Source: Bacteroidota bacterium (GTDB lineage Bacteria > Bacteroidota > Bacteroidia > 2-12-FULL-35-15). Taken from it: 64,000 bases of DNA. Shown piece after piece: positions 53,136-62,456 of this stretch (position 1 is the first letter of the stretch; each line of letters starts with the position of its first letter). The notes beneath the pieces are model-generated. The model searched no databases and was not told where the DNA came from. It was given only the letters and a program-made list of their open reading frames with translations. The position numbers were made by a program, and so were the translations under genes. The DNA lies in assembly GCA_025963725.1 (NCBI GenBank), contig JAOQAE010000002.1, forward strand, positions 1,115,765 through 1,179,764, written 5' to 3'.

Positions 53136-53951
53136 ATGAAAAACCTGATCAATCCCGCTTACCTCTCCGAAGAAAAAATAAAGGACATCCGTTCAAAATT
53201 TGAAAGCGCGCAGCCCTGCAAGCACATTGCACTGCCCGATTTCCTGCTGAACGATGTGGCCACCACGCTGTACGATAATTTCCCGAAGCTGGATGCCCTC
53301 AAGGTAAAGCGTAAAAGCATCAATGAGAACAAATCGGAAGAATACCATCTCGACCGCTATCACCCGCAGTTCAATGAGCTGCGCGATTTTCTCAACTCAC
53401 CTGAAATGTATGAATGGATCAGCAGGGTGACAGGCATCGAAGGGCTTACCTCCACGTATGATGCGCTGGGATCGGGCGTGCACCAGGGCGGCCCGGGCAG
53501 CTTCGTAGACATACACGTGGATGTGAACATGAACCCTGCTGCAAAGCTGCACCGCAGGATCAACCTGCTCATTTACCTCAACAAGAACTGGAAGGATGAA
53601 TATGGCGGAGCGCTGGAGTTCTGGGACAAGGATGTGAAGAACTGCATCTCGAAGGTAATGCCGTATTTCAACCAGGCCGCGATCATGGTCACCGACGAAA
53701 CATCGTACCATGGCTACGCGAAGATCAACATCCCGGAAGATGAAAGCCGTAAATCGTTTTACGTGTACTATTACACGCCTGCCGGGAAGGATTTTGTATA
53801 CCGCGATTCGCGCTTCAAAACCCGCCCGGATGAAAGCGCTGCAAAAACCGCGATGACCGAGATCAAGGAAACATTAAAGATCAATGCGAAAAAGCTCCTG
53901 AAATTCTTAGGCGTGAAATCGCTGGATTTCCAGGACAGAAATAAAAAATAA
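53136..53951 (+). CDS. 2OG-Fe(II) oxygenase family protein (prolyl-hydroxylase-like)
   Basis: GSFVDIHVDVN HxD motif, RRINLLIYLNKNWKDEYGGALEFWD, and a distal SYHGY His. Confidence 0.7.
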   Translation: MKNLINPAYLSEEKIKDIRSKFESAQPCKHIALPDFLLNDVATTLYDNFPKLDALKVKRKSINENKSEEYHLDRYHPQFNELRDFLNSPEMYEWISRVTGIEGLTSTYDALGSGVHQGGPGSFVDIHVDVNMNPAAKLHRRINLLIYLNKNWKDEYGGALEFWDKDVKNCISKVMPYFNQAAIMVTDETSYHGYAKINIPEDESRKSFYVYYYTPAGKDFVYRDSRFKTRPDESAAKTAMTEIKETLKINAKKLLKFLGVKSLDFQDRNKK

Positions 53952-54046
53952 ATCTCACCGCAACGACGCTAAGACGCAGAACGTGTTTTAGAGCTTTGTG
54001 AAATAGTTATAAACTTTGCGCCTCTGCGCCTTGGCGGTAAATAAAA

Positions 54047-54841
54047 TTGGAACTAAAAAACAAAATCATCTGGATCACCGGCGCATCATCAGGAATTGGT
54101 GAGGCGCTCGCCTACGCAGCTGCAAACGAAGAAGCAAAGGTTGTGATCTCCGCGCGGCGCGAGAACGAGCTGAAGCGCGTTGCCTCCGCCTGCAAAACCG
54201 ATCCGGCCAACGTGTTTGTGTTGCCGCTCGACCTTGAAGATACTTCCAACGTTTCGGAAAAAGTGGAGCAGGTGATCGCTAAATTCGGAAGGATCGATGT
54301 GCTCGTCAATAACAGTGGTATGGGACACCGTACCAAAGCGGTGAACACATCCACCGAGATCGACAGGAAAGTGATGGAGGTGAACTTTTTCGGAACCATC
54401 AATCTCACAAAAGCCGTTGCAAAAAAAATGCAGGCGCAGCAAAGCGGGAAGATCGTTGTGATCTCCAGCATCATGGGCAAATACGGGCTGCCGCTCTACT
54501 CCACTTATTCCGCTTCCAAGTTCGCGCTGTACGGCTATTTCGAATCGCTGCGGCAGGAATTGTTCAAAGACAATGTAAAGGTGCTGATCGTAAGCCCCGG
54601 CTTCATCAATACCGATGTAAGCACCAAGCTGCTGATGGAGAACGGGAAGGAATACGGCATCAAAAGCGAATCACAGAACAAGGGCATGAGCCCGGCCGAC
54701 TGTGCCCGCGGTATCATCAAAGCCATCAAAGGCAACCGCGACCATAAATACGTGGGCGGCTACGAGATCTTCTCGGTGTATGTAAAGCAATATTTTCCGA
54801 AGATCTTCTATACGCTGATGCGGAAAATGACGAAGGAGTAA
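54047..54841 (+). CDS. Classical short-chain dehydrogenase/reductase
   Basis: WITGASSGIGEAL, NNSG and YSASKFAL (YxxxK) motifs. It appears to use a TTG start, because there is no in-frame upstream ATG. Confidence 0.8.
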   Translation: MELKNKIIWITGASSGIGEALAYAAANEEAKVVISARRENELKRVASACKTDPANVFVLPLDLEDTSNVSEKVEQVIAKFGRIDVLVNNSGMGHRTKAVNTSTEIDRKVMEVNFFGTINLTKAVAKKMQAQQSGKIVVISSIMGKYGLPLYSTYSASKFALYGYFESLRQELFKDNVKVLIVSPGFINTDVSTKLLMENGKEYGIKSESQNKGMSPADCARGIIKAIKGNRDHKYVGGYEIFSVYVKQYFPKIFYTLMRKMTKE

Positions 54842-54900
54842 CTTGCTAAACTACCCCTGTCCCCTCCTTTTTTTCCATTTGCGGCATTCAATCTAAACCT

Positions 54901-54908
54901 TATATTTG
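54901..54908 (+). promoter_or_regulatory. Putative -7 box TATATTTG upstream of icd
   Basis: TAnnTTTG match 77 nt upstream of the ATG at 54986. Confidence 0.35.
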
Positions 54909-54985
54909 TACCTCTTTTAGCAGCCGGTACCAACCGGCAATTGTAAAGAAAACTCTAAACCCTATAACTCTAAACTGCAACAACA

Positions 54986-56218
54986 ATGAGCAAAATTAAA
55001 GTAGCCAACCCGGTGGTTGAATTAGATGGCGATGAAATGACACGCATCATCTGGAAATTCATTAAAGACAAGCTGATCCTTCCTTACCTTGACCTGGATA
55101 TTAAATATTATGACCTTGGTGTTGAGCACCGCGATGCAACCAACGACCAGGTAACCATCGACTCTGCAGAAGCTATAAAAAAATACAATGTAGGCATCAA
55201 ATGCGCTACCATCACTCCCGATGAAGAGCGTGTAAAAGAATTCAAGCTGAAGCAAATGTGGAAGTCGCCGAACGGCACTATCCGTAACATCCTTGACGGT
55301 ACCGTATTCCGCGAGCCGATCGTTTGCAAGAACGTTCCCCGCCTGGTTCCAAACTGGACCGCTCCTATCTGCATCGGCCGCCACGCTTTCGGCGACCAGT
55401 ACCGCGCTACCGATTTCGTAACAAAAGGAAAAGGCAAGCTTACAGTTACATTCCAGCCTGAAGACGGCGGCGCTGCTCAATCATTTGAAGTGTTCAACTT
55501 CAAAGGCGATGGCGTTGCGTTAGCCATGTACAACACCGATGAGTCGATCAAAGGATTTGCGCATTCCTGCTTCAACACGGCATTGCAAAAAGGATGGCCA
55601 TTGTACCTTTCTACCAAGAACACCATCCTGAAAAAATACGATGGCCGCTTCAAGGATATTTTTGAAGAGATCTACCAGAAAGAATTCAAAGCGAAGTTCG
55701 AAGCAAAAGGAATTGTATACGAGCACCGCCTGATCGACGACATGGTTGCATCGGCATTGAAATGGAACGGCAACTTTGTATGGGCATGTAAAAACTACGA
55801 TGGCGATGTTCAGTCTGACACCGTTGCACAAGGCTTCGGCTCACTCGGATTAATGACTTCCGTGCTTGTTACTCCTGATGGAAAAACAATGGAAGCGGAA
55901 GCTGCACACGGAACCGTTACACGCCACTACCGCGATCACCAGGCGGGCAAGCCTACATCCACCAACCCTATCGCTTCTATCTTTGCATGGACAAGAGGTT
56001 TGGAATTCCGCGGCAAGCTCGACAACAACCAGGAGCTGATCAATTTCTGCCATGCGCTGGAAGCAGTGTGTGTTGAAACTGTTGAGTCGGGCAAAATGAC
56101 CAAAGACCTTGCAGTATGCATCCACGGAAACAAAGTGAACCACGGCGAACATTACCTGTACACCGAAGAGTTCCTGACAGCGCTGGATACCAACCTGAAA
56201 GCCAAGCTGGGGAAATAA
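54986..56218 (+). CDS. icd: NADP-dependent isocitrate dehydrogenase (eukaryote-like IDH1/2 type)
   Basis: [14 protein letters not shown]...[10 protein letters not shown]...NGTIRNIL...[12 protein letters not shown]...[12 protein letters not shown]. About 410 aa. Confidence 0.95.
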   Translation: MSKIKVANPVVELDGDEMTRIIWKFIKDKLILPYLDLDIKYYDLGVEHRDATNDQVTIDSAEAIKKYNVGIKCATITPDEERVKEFKLKQMWKSPNGTIRNILDGTVFREPIVCKNVPRLVPNWTAPICIGRHAFGDQYRATDFVTKGKGKLTVTFQPEDGGAAQSFEVFNFKGDGVALAMYNTDESIKGFAHSCFNTALQKGWPLYLSTKNTILKKYDGRFKDIFEEIYQKEFKAKFEAKGIVYEHRLIDDMVASALKWNGNFVWACKNYDGDVQSDTVAQGFGSLGLMTSVLVTPDGKTMEAEAAHGTVTRHYRDHQAGKPTSTNPIASIFAWTRGLEFRGKLDNNQELINFCHALEAVCVETVESGKMTKDLAVCIHGNKVNHGEHYLYTEEFLTALDTNLKAKLGK

Positions 56219-56242
56219 TCCCTCATCAAAGCAACTATTTAA

Positions 56243-56282
56243 GAAAGCAGGAACCTTGGTACTACTAAGGTTTCTGCTTTCG
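56243..56282 (+). terminator. Probable terminator hairpin after icd
   Basis: gaaagcaggaacctt-ggtactact-aaggtttctgctttc, a 15-bp stem. The T-run is weak. Confidence 0.6.
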
Positions 56283-56322
56283 CATTTCTGGCACAAAATT
56301 TACTAATTTCAAAATCGAAAAA

Positions 56323-56742
56323 ATGGGCTTTATAAAAGAATTCAAAGAATTTGCCGTTAAGGGAAATGTAGTTGACCTTGCTGTGGGTGTGATCATCGGC
56401 GCCGCATTCGGCAAAATAGTTTCCTCGCTTGTGAACGATGTGATCATGCCTCCCATCGGCTTGCTGATGAAAGGAAAGAACTTCTCCGACATGTTCTATT
56501 CCCTCGATGGCAAAACCTACGAAAGCCTTGTAAAAGCAAAGGAAGCTGGAGCCCCTATCCTTACCTACGGAAACTTCATCCAGGCCCTGCTCGATTTTAT
56601 CATCATCGCATTCGTGATCTTTATCATGATTAAGATGATCAACCGTTTCCGCAAGAATGAAAAGAACAACCCTGAAGCTCCCGCTGCGCCTACCGCAGAA
56701 GAAAAGCTGCTGACGGAGATAAGAGACCTCCTTAAAAAATAA
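56323..56742 (+). CDS. mscL: Large-conductance mechanosensitive channel
   Basis: [46 protein letters not shown]. Confidence 0.95.
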   Translation: MGFIKEFKEFAVKGNVVDLAVGVIIGAAFGKIVSSLVNDVIMPPIGLLMKGKNFSDMFYSLDGKTYESLVKAKEAGAPILTYGNFIQALLDFIIIAFVIFIMIKMINRFRKNEKNNPEAPAAPTAEEKLLTEIRDLLKK

Positions 56743-56745
56743 CCC

Positions 56746-57750
56746 ATGAAAAAATCACTATTGATCGGCTTACTATTGATCGCGGCAAACAGCTTTGCAC
56801 AAACGGATACCATTCAGAAAAAAATGGATTCGGTACAGGTAAAGATCGACAAGCTGGAAGACACGAAAGACTCCCTTAAGGCCGCAGACACCGTTCGCTA
56901 CTGGAAAAAAGGAGGGCTTGTGGGATTGAACTTTTCACAGGCAAGCTTCACCAACTGGGCTGCCGGCGGGGTTAATTCCGTTTCGCTCACCGCGCTCACC
57001 GACCTTTTTGCAAATTACAAGAAAGGAAAGAACAGCTGGGAGAATACGCTCGTAATGGCGTACGGATTGATCCAGTCGGACCATTCGGCGCCGCGCAAAA
57101 ATGAGGACAAGATCGAGCTTACCAGCACATACGGCAGGTTTGCAGACAAACACTGGTCGTACACGGTGATGCTGAATGCAAAAACACAGTTCGACAACAG
57201 CTATAATTATCCGGATGATTCCACAGTGGTCTCGCATTTTTTGGCCCCTGCCTATGCGCTGTTCTCGCTGGGTATGGAATACAAAACAACTGATAAATCA
57301 TTTTCATTCCTTGTATCGCCCTTAACCGGAAAGTTCACGATCGTGAACGACAGGAGGCTTGCGGATGCAGGCGCATTCGGCGTGGATCCCGCTACTTACG
57401 ATGCTTCCGGGGGCTTAATAACGCATGGTTCCATTGTACGCTATGAATTCGGGGGCTTCATTAAGCTGATGTACAAAAAAGAGATCATGAAAAATGTGCT
57501 GCTGGCCACCAAAGTGGAACTGTTCAGCAATTACCTCGACCGCCCGCAGAACATCGATGTGAACTGGGAGTTCCAGCTGGACATGAAGATCAACAGGTTC
57601 CTCGTAGCGAGCATCAGCACACAGATGATCTACGACCACGATATTCCTGTTCCCGTGGAGCGCACGATCAACAACATCGTGGTTCCCGGCGTAGGCCCGC
57701 GCCTGCAGTTCAAGGAAGTCCTCGGCATCGGGATCGCGTATAAATTTTAA
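56746..57750 (+). CDS. Outer-membrane beta-barrel protein, DUF3078-like
   Basis: Signal peptide. WKKGGLVGLNFSQASFTNWAAGGVNS matches what I recall of the DUF3078 N-terminal motif. The rest is alternating beta-strand sequence ending in ...GIAYKF. Confidence 0.55.
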   Translation: MKKSLLIGLLLIAANSFAQTDTIQKKMDSVQVKIDKLEDTKDSLKAADTVRYWKKGGLVGLNFSQASFTNWAAGGVNSVSLTALTDLFANYKKGKNSWENTLVMAYGLIQSDHSAPRKNEDKIELTSTYGRFADKHWSYTVMLNAKTQFDNSYNYPDDSTVVSHFLAPAYALFSLGMEYKTTDKSFSFLVSPLTGKFTIVNDRRLADAGAFGVDPATYDASGGLITHGSIVRYEFGGFIKLMYKKEIMKNVLLATKVELFSNYLDRPQNIDVNWEFQLDMKINRFLVASISTQMIYDHDIPVPVERTINNIVVPGVGPRLQFKEVLGIGIAYKF

Positions 57751-57785
57751 TCCTGTTTGATCAATTCGGTTTGCCAATGCTTATA

Positions 57786-57882
57786 GCGTCAGTTCGAGTG
57801 CGAGGTACGAGCGTATCGAGAACAAGCGATATGCTCCCAGCACTTCTCGATACTCTCCCTACGGTCGAACTCGAAGTGACAC
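57786..57882. repeat. Inverted pair of family B units
   Basis: gcgtcagttcgagtgcgaggtacgagcgtatcgagaacaagcg (+) and cttctcgatactctccctacggtcgaactcgaagtgacac (-). Confidence 0.75.
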
Positions 57883-57928
57883 TGAATTGAATCGATCAGC
57901 ATTATAGAATTCATTAAACTTTAACCCG

Positions 57929-58213
57929 ATGTCGGTTATCCCCGAACCACGAAAAGGCCAGATCAAAGAATTAAAGCAGATCCCCGGCGTAGGCGTTTCC
58001 ATCGCCAACGACCTGATCTATATCGGCATCACAAAGATCAGCGACCTTGAGAACAAGGATCCCGAATGGCTTTATCACCAGTCGAACAACTATGCCGGCG
58101 TGGTGCAGGACCGTTGCCTGCTCTACGTTTTCAGGTGCGCTGTATATTATGCAACCGAAAAAGTCCACGATAAGGAAAAGCTTAAATGGTGGAATTGGAA
58201 GGATGTAAAATAA
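57929..58213 (+). CDS. Small helix-hairpin-helix protein (Cdd1 'pathogenicity locus'-like family)
   Basis: ELKQIPGVGVSIANDLIYIGITKISDL helix-hairpin-helix motif. 94 aa. Confidence 0.5.
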   Translation: MSVIPEPRKGQIKELKQIPGVGVSIANDLIYIGITKISDLENKDPEWLYHQSNNYAGVVQDRCLLYVFRCAVYYATEKVHDKEKLKWWNWKDVK

Positions 58214-58219
58214 TGGTCT

Positions 58220-58227
58220 TATATTTG
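58220..58227 (+). promoter_or_regulatory. Putative -7 box TATATTTG
   Basis: TAnnTTTG match 13 nt upstream of the ATG at 58241. Confidence 0.4.
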
Positions 58228-58240
58228 TCATAGCGAACCT

Positions 58241-58651
58241 ATGAAAAAAGCCCTCTTCTTCCTGTTTATCTTCATCAGCATTGTTGCTTCCGCGCAGGAC
58301 AGCACCGGCAGCCATCACGGCTCTGTGAAGGTCCAGAAAAAGGGCACGCTCCATTCCGTACTTTATGATGATGTTAATTTCCGTTTGGTATGCCGCGATA
58401 CCTACGGCAATATCAACGATACCGCCGTTGTTTCCTTTAACCTCAATGTTACCGTAAGAGGCCTTGCTTATTCGGAAGAGTCAGCCGGCTGCTTTATTTC
58501 AAAGCAGATGCAGCAGCGCCTGAGCAGGCAGGATGGCGTTGTGGTGCTGATGTTCTCCAACATCAAGGCGAAAGACCGCAACGGAAAAATCGTTTCCTTC
58601 CCTGATTTCAAGGCACAGTCGGGAAAAGCGCGGGAAGGCGATAATTACTGA
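58241..58651 (+). CDS. Hypothetical secreted protein
   Basis: Signal peptide MKKALFFLFIFISIVASAQ. 136 aa. Confidence 0.6.
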   Translation: MKKALFFLFIFISIVASAQDSTGSHHGSVKVQKKGTLHSVLYDDVNFRLVCRDTYGNINDTAVVSFNLNVTVRGLAYSEESAGCFISKQMQQRLSRQDGVVVLMFSNIKAKDRNGKIVSFPDFKAQSGKAREGDNY

Positions 58652-60075
58652 CCGTAAAACTCCTTATTGAAGTTCACAAGGTAGAGCTTCTTTGATGCCC
58701 TCGTAATGCCGGTGTAAAGCCAGCGCAAATACTCAACATTCATCATTTCATCCGTAAGGTAGCCCTGCTCCACGAACACGCATGGCCATTGTCCGCCCTG
58801 CGCCTTATGACAGGTAACTGCATAGGCAAATTTCACCTGCAGCGCATTGAAAAATTCGTCCTCCTTCACTTTCTTCAGCCTTAGCCTTCTGTCGGCAATG
58901 TCGCCGTAATCGAGCATCACCGAATCGAATAATTTTTTATTATCGGCCTGCGATAATGCCGGGGCTTCGCTCATGATCGTATCCAGCAGCAGCCGCACTT
59001 CCAGGTCGGGCTCATCCGGGTAATCGATCATGCGCATGCGCACATCGGCAAAGCGGAAGCCGTGCATCTCCTGGATCTTTCCCACTCTTAAGATCTCTAT
59101 GATATCGCCGTTTGCGATGAAACCGGCCTTGGATTCATCCGGCAGCCAGGTGTAATTATTTCTCACTACCATCATGAAATCGCCGGCGGAAAGCTCGCTC
59201 TCCTGCCAGCGAATCCTTGCCCTGATCTGCTGGTTGTAAATATTGGCGCGCTTGTTCGAGCGGCAAACGATCATCGTATCCTCCGCGCCGAATTTATTGT
59301 AAGCCTCGTTCAGCGCATCTTCCAGCTCCGCCCCATCGATCCGGATCACATCCTTAAAGCCATCGAGCATAAAGTGCGGCTGCATTTCTTTTTTCAGCCT
59401 CACCTGGTTACGGATCTTCGTTGCATTTGTAAGGATGCCCGAGTCCTCCGCCTGGCGCACCACTTCGGTGAGCTCGAACGAATCCACCTGGAAGGAATAC
59501 GATGCTTTTAAGAATTCGGTATCGAGCGCCGGGGACACATCCATTCCCACAGGCGGCAGCTGTGCGGTATCGCCGATAAAGATCAGCTTGCAGTTGGTGC
59601 CGCTGAACACGTAGTCGATCAGGTCGTCAAGCAGGCTTCCCCCGCCAAACCCGCTGCCTTTGATAAGTCCGCCGCTGTTGGAGATCATCGAAGCCTCATC
59701 GATGATGAACACCGTGTTTGTATGCAGGTTTTGCTGGAGGTGAAAGGCAAAGCCTCCTTCATCCGTAGGCCTCCTGATGTAAATTTTTTTGTGGATGGTA
59801 AAAGCGGGCTTCTGCGTGTAATTGGAAAGCACCTTGGCCGCCCTTCCTGTTGGTGCGAGCAGCATGGTTTTCCCGTTCAGCGCCGGCATTGCTTTCACCA
59901 GCGAGCCCACAAGCGTGGTCTTCCCGGTTCCCGCATACCCTTTGATCACAAAAATATGGTCGAGGTTCTTACCGAGAATGAATCCTGACAGCTTCGCAAG
60001 CAGGGTGCGCTGTCCGGGTGTGGCCTCGAACGGAAACAGCTTCAGTAAAATATGGGAAAACTCCTGCTGGTCCAT
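58645..60075 (-). CDS. RecD/Pif1-like SF1 DNA helicase
   Basis: ORF trimmed to the ATG at 60075 (MDQQEF...). GYAGTGKTT Walker A, FIIDEASMI Walker B, and C-terminal AVTCHKAQGGQW. Confidence 0.85.
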   Translation of the reverse strand: MDQQEFSHILLKLFPFEATPGQRTLLAKLSGFILGKNLDHIFVIKGYAGTGKTTLVGSLVKAMPALNGKTMLLAPTGRAAKVLSNYTQKPAFTIHKKIYIRRPTDEGGFAFHLQQNLHTNTVFIIDEASMISNSGGLIKGSGFGGGSLLDDLIDYVFSGTNCKLIFIGDTAQLPPVGMDVSPALDTEFLKASYSFQVDSFELTEVVRQAEDSGILTNATKIRNQVRLKKEMQPHFMLDGFKDVIRIDGAELEDALNEAYNKFGAEDTMIVCRSNKRANIYNQQIRARIRWQESELSAGDFMMVVRNNYTWLPDESKAGFIANGDIIEILRVGKIQEMHGFRFADVRMRMIDYPDEPDLEVRLLLDTIMSEAPALSQADNKKLFDSVMLDYGDIADRRLRLKKVKEDEFFNALQVKFAYAVTCHKAQGGQWPCVFVEQGYLTDEMMNVEYLRWLYTGITRASKKLYLVNFNKEFYGQ

Positions 60076-60139
60076 GGATCCAATTAAATGCAGGACGAAT
60101 TTACGAATAAAGGAAAAGCCTCCATTGCCTAAAAAAATA

Positions 60140-60147
60140 TATCTTTG
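60140..60147 (+). promoter_or_regulatory. Putative -7 box TATCTTTG
   Basis: TAnnTTTG match 8 nt upstream of the ATG at 60156. Confidence 0.4.
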
Positions 60148-60155
60148 CACAGCCC

Positions 60156-60494
60156 ATGACACGAATGATTTCCATATCCCTTTTGCTCCTGTTTGCAGCC
60201 TGTAAAAAGGAAAGCGCGGCTACGCAGCACAGGGTGGAATGCTCTTCCAATATAAACGATCCGCAGTATTATTCATTAAGCATTAACGGCACCGGCGGCA
60301 ACAGCATCGGGCAGGCCTATCCCGTGGAGGGCAATTCCGACATCGAGCTGAAATTATTTTCTGCGGGCGGCGATACCGCTTCCGTGGATGCCGGCGATTC
60401 CCTGTGGACTCGCGGCGGGATAATTGTGGATGGACAACTGGTAAGCTCCTTTGCAGGCTATCACGATGCCGTACTTACCTATCACATACAATGA
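60156..60494 (+). CDS. Hypothetical lipoprotein
   Basis: LLLLFAAC lipobox. 112 aa. Confidence 0.55.
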   Translation: MTRMISISLLLLFAACKKESAATQHRVECSSNINDPQYYSLSINGTGGNSIGQAYPVEGNSDIELKLFSAGGDTASVDAGDSLWTRGGIIVDGQLVSSFAGYHDAVLTYHIQ

Positions 60495-61369
60495 TGACAA
60501 CCGAACTCCATACAAAGATCCGGCAGGTGAGCTCATTGGTGGATGAATCCTTCGACCTGAAGCAGCTGGCTGATTTTCACCTTGTGCTGCAGCTGGGCAG
60601 CGACGGATTGCTCGCAAGCGTTTTCGATAAAGAAAAAAACAAATACATCGCGTTTGAATATTACAGCTTTCAGCAGGTGTACAACACCGAGCTGCTTGGC
60701 GATCTGTTCGACGTTGCAGTAACGCAAAGCAAATTCCTTTCCAACAGGTACAAATCCGTTTCATGCTCCCTTGTGAGCAGCCTCGCTACCATTGTGCCTG
60801 CTGCATTGTACGAGGACGACCGCAAAAAAACATATTTAAAGTTCAACACTTCCCTGCAGGGCGATGAGCTGGTAATGGTGGATGACATCCGCAACCTCGA
60901 TGCAAAGAATGTATTCGCGCTCCCGTTCAGCATCAAGGCAAAGCTTGATTCGCTGTATGCGAAAGTCACTTACCATCATTTTTCCAGCGGGCTGATAGAA
61001 ACGCTGCTGTCGCAGAATAAGAACGAAACAAAGAAAAAGCTGTTCGTGCATGTACAGGCTTCGCATTTTGAAGCGGTGGTGATCGAAGGAAAAAAGCTTG
61101 TCTTTTACAACACCTTCAATTATCATTCGGCGGAAGATTTCATGTACTACCTGCTGTTTGTATCGGAGCAGCTGCAGCTGAACCCCGAAAGCATTGAAAC
61201 TGTTTTGATCGGTGAGATCGAGCGCTCATCAGGTATCTTTACGCTTGCGCAGAAATACATCCGCAACCTGAAGTTCGGGGAGCGCACCGATAATTCAGGC
61301 TACAGCTACCAGCTGCAATCGTTCCCCAAGCATTATTATTTTTCACTGTTCAATAATTACCTCGTATGA
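60491..61369 (+). CDS. Conserved Bacteroidota hypothetical protein (DUF3822-like)
   Basis: ORF 60404-61369 trimmed to the ATG at 60491, which forms an ATGA overlap with the upstream stop. It lies between the RecD-like helicase and rsmD. The family assignment is from memory only. Confidence 0.5.
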   Translation: MMTTELHTKIRQVSSLVDESFDLKQLADFHLVLQLGSDGLLASVFDKEKNKYIAFEYYSFQQVYNTELLGDLFDVAVTQSKFLSNRYKSVSCSLVSSLATIVPAALYEDDRKKTYLKFNTSLQGDELVMVDDIRNLDAKNVFALPFSIKAKLDSLYAKVTYHHFSSGLIETLLSQNKNETKKKLFVHVQASHFEAVVIEGKKLVFYNTFNYHSAEDFMYYLLFVSEQLQLNPESIETVLIGEIERSSGIFTLAQKYIRNLKFGERTDNSGYSYQLQSFPKHYYFSLFNNYLV

Positions 61370-61908
61370 TCCGGATCATCAGCGGCACACACAGGAGCAG
61401 GGTGATCCATGCGCCTAAGAACCTCCCGGTGAGGCCTACAACGGATTTCGCCAAGGAAAGCCTTTTCAATATCCTGAACAATCATTTTGAATTTGATGAG
61501 ATCAAGGTACTCGATCTTTTTTCAGGCACCGGGAACATCACGTATGAATTCCTTTCGAGGGAATGTAAGGATATCATCAGCGTGGACGACAGCTACACCT
61601 GCTGCGCCTTCATCAAAAAAACGCTCGAGGCGCTGAAGCTGCCGAAAGCGCGCGTGATCAAATCGGATGCATTTTCCTTTCTGAAGAACAACCTTGAAAC
61701 GTATGATGTGATCTTTGCCGATCCTCCTTACGACCTCGATAAGATCAGCCAGATCGCGCCCCTCGTGTTTGAGAAAAAGCTGCTGCGTGAGAACGGATGG
61801 CTGGTGGTGGAGCATGGCCCGTCCACCGACCTCAGCATGCAGGAGCATTTCAAAGAGAAGCGGAAATACGGCAACGTCAATTTCTCCATTTTCTTTATCG
61901 GATCGTAG
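61366..61908 (+). CDS. rsmD: 16S rRNA (guanine966-N2)-methyltransferase
   Basis: MIRIISGTHRSRVIHAP...RPTTDFAKESLFNIL...DLFSGTGN...ADPPY. Confidence 0.9.
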   Translation: MIRIISGTHRSRVIHAPKNLPVRPTTDFAKESLFNILNNHFEFDEIKVLDLFSGTGNITYEFLSRECKDIISVDDSYTCCAFIKKTLEALKLPKARVIKSDAFSFLKNNLETYDVIFADPPYDLDKISQIAPLVFEKKLLRENGWLVVEHGPSTDLSMQEHFKEKRKYGNVNFSIFFIGS

Positions 61909-61940
61909 GATATTGCTATCTTCGTTTAAAACCACAGGAC

Positions 61941-62408
61941 ATGAAACGTATTGCTATTTTCCCGGGATCGTTCGACCCTATCACAAAAGGGCATGAAAAT
62001 ATTTTACAGCGGGCATTGCCGCTTTTTGACGAGATCATTATCGCCATCGGGAAGAACAGCAGCAAGCAAAGCTATTTTACGCTGGAGCAGCGCGAAAAGT
62101 GGATCAGGCAGGTGTTTGCAAACGAGCCGAAAGTGAGGGTGGAAACATATACAGGCCTTACGGTGGAATTCTGCAAAAAAATGAATGCGAAATTCATCCT
62201 GCGCGGACTGCGCACTTCCGCCGATTTCGAGTTTGAAAAATCCATTGCCCAGAACAACAACATCATGGCGCCGGAGATCGAAACGGTCTTCATCCTGCCT
62301 ATCCCGGAGCTTTCCGCGATCAATTCAACGATCGTTCGCGACATCATCCGCAATAATGGCGATGCAAGTCCGTTTGTACCAAAGAGCATCGACCTGAAGG
62401 CGCTATAA
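61941..62408 (+). CDS. coaD: Pantetheine-phosphate adenylyltransferase
   Basis: ORF trimmed to the ATG at 61941: MKRIAIFPGSFDPITKGHENIL, ...RGLR...DFEFE..., SSTIVRDI-like (NSTIVRDI). Confidence 0.9.
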   Translation: MKRIAIFPGSFDPITKGHENILQRALPLFDEIIIAIGKNSSKQSYFTLEQREKWIRQVFANEPKVRVETYTGLTVEFCKKMNAKFILRGLRTSADFEFEKSIAQNNNIMAPEIETVFILPIPELSAINSTIVRDIIRNNGDASPFVPKSIDLKAL

Positions 62409-62456
62409 AAAGGCATAGTTTTGGCTGGCAGATGCCGCATTCAATAAATCTTACGC

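Noticed and set aside
58645-61369. RecD/Pif1-like helicase with adjacent small ORFs, considered as a possible defence module.
   Set aside because: No nuclease, methylase or other defence-type partner is nearby. The neighbours (DUF3822-like protein, rsmD, coaD) are housekeeping genes, and the helicase carries no extra domains.
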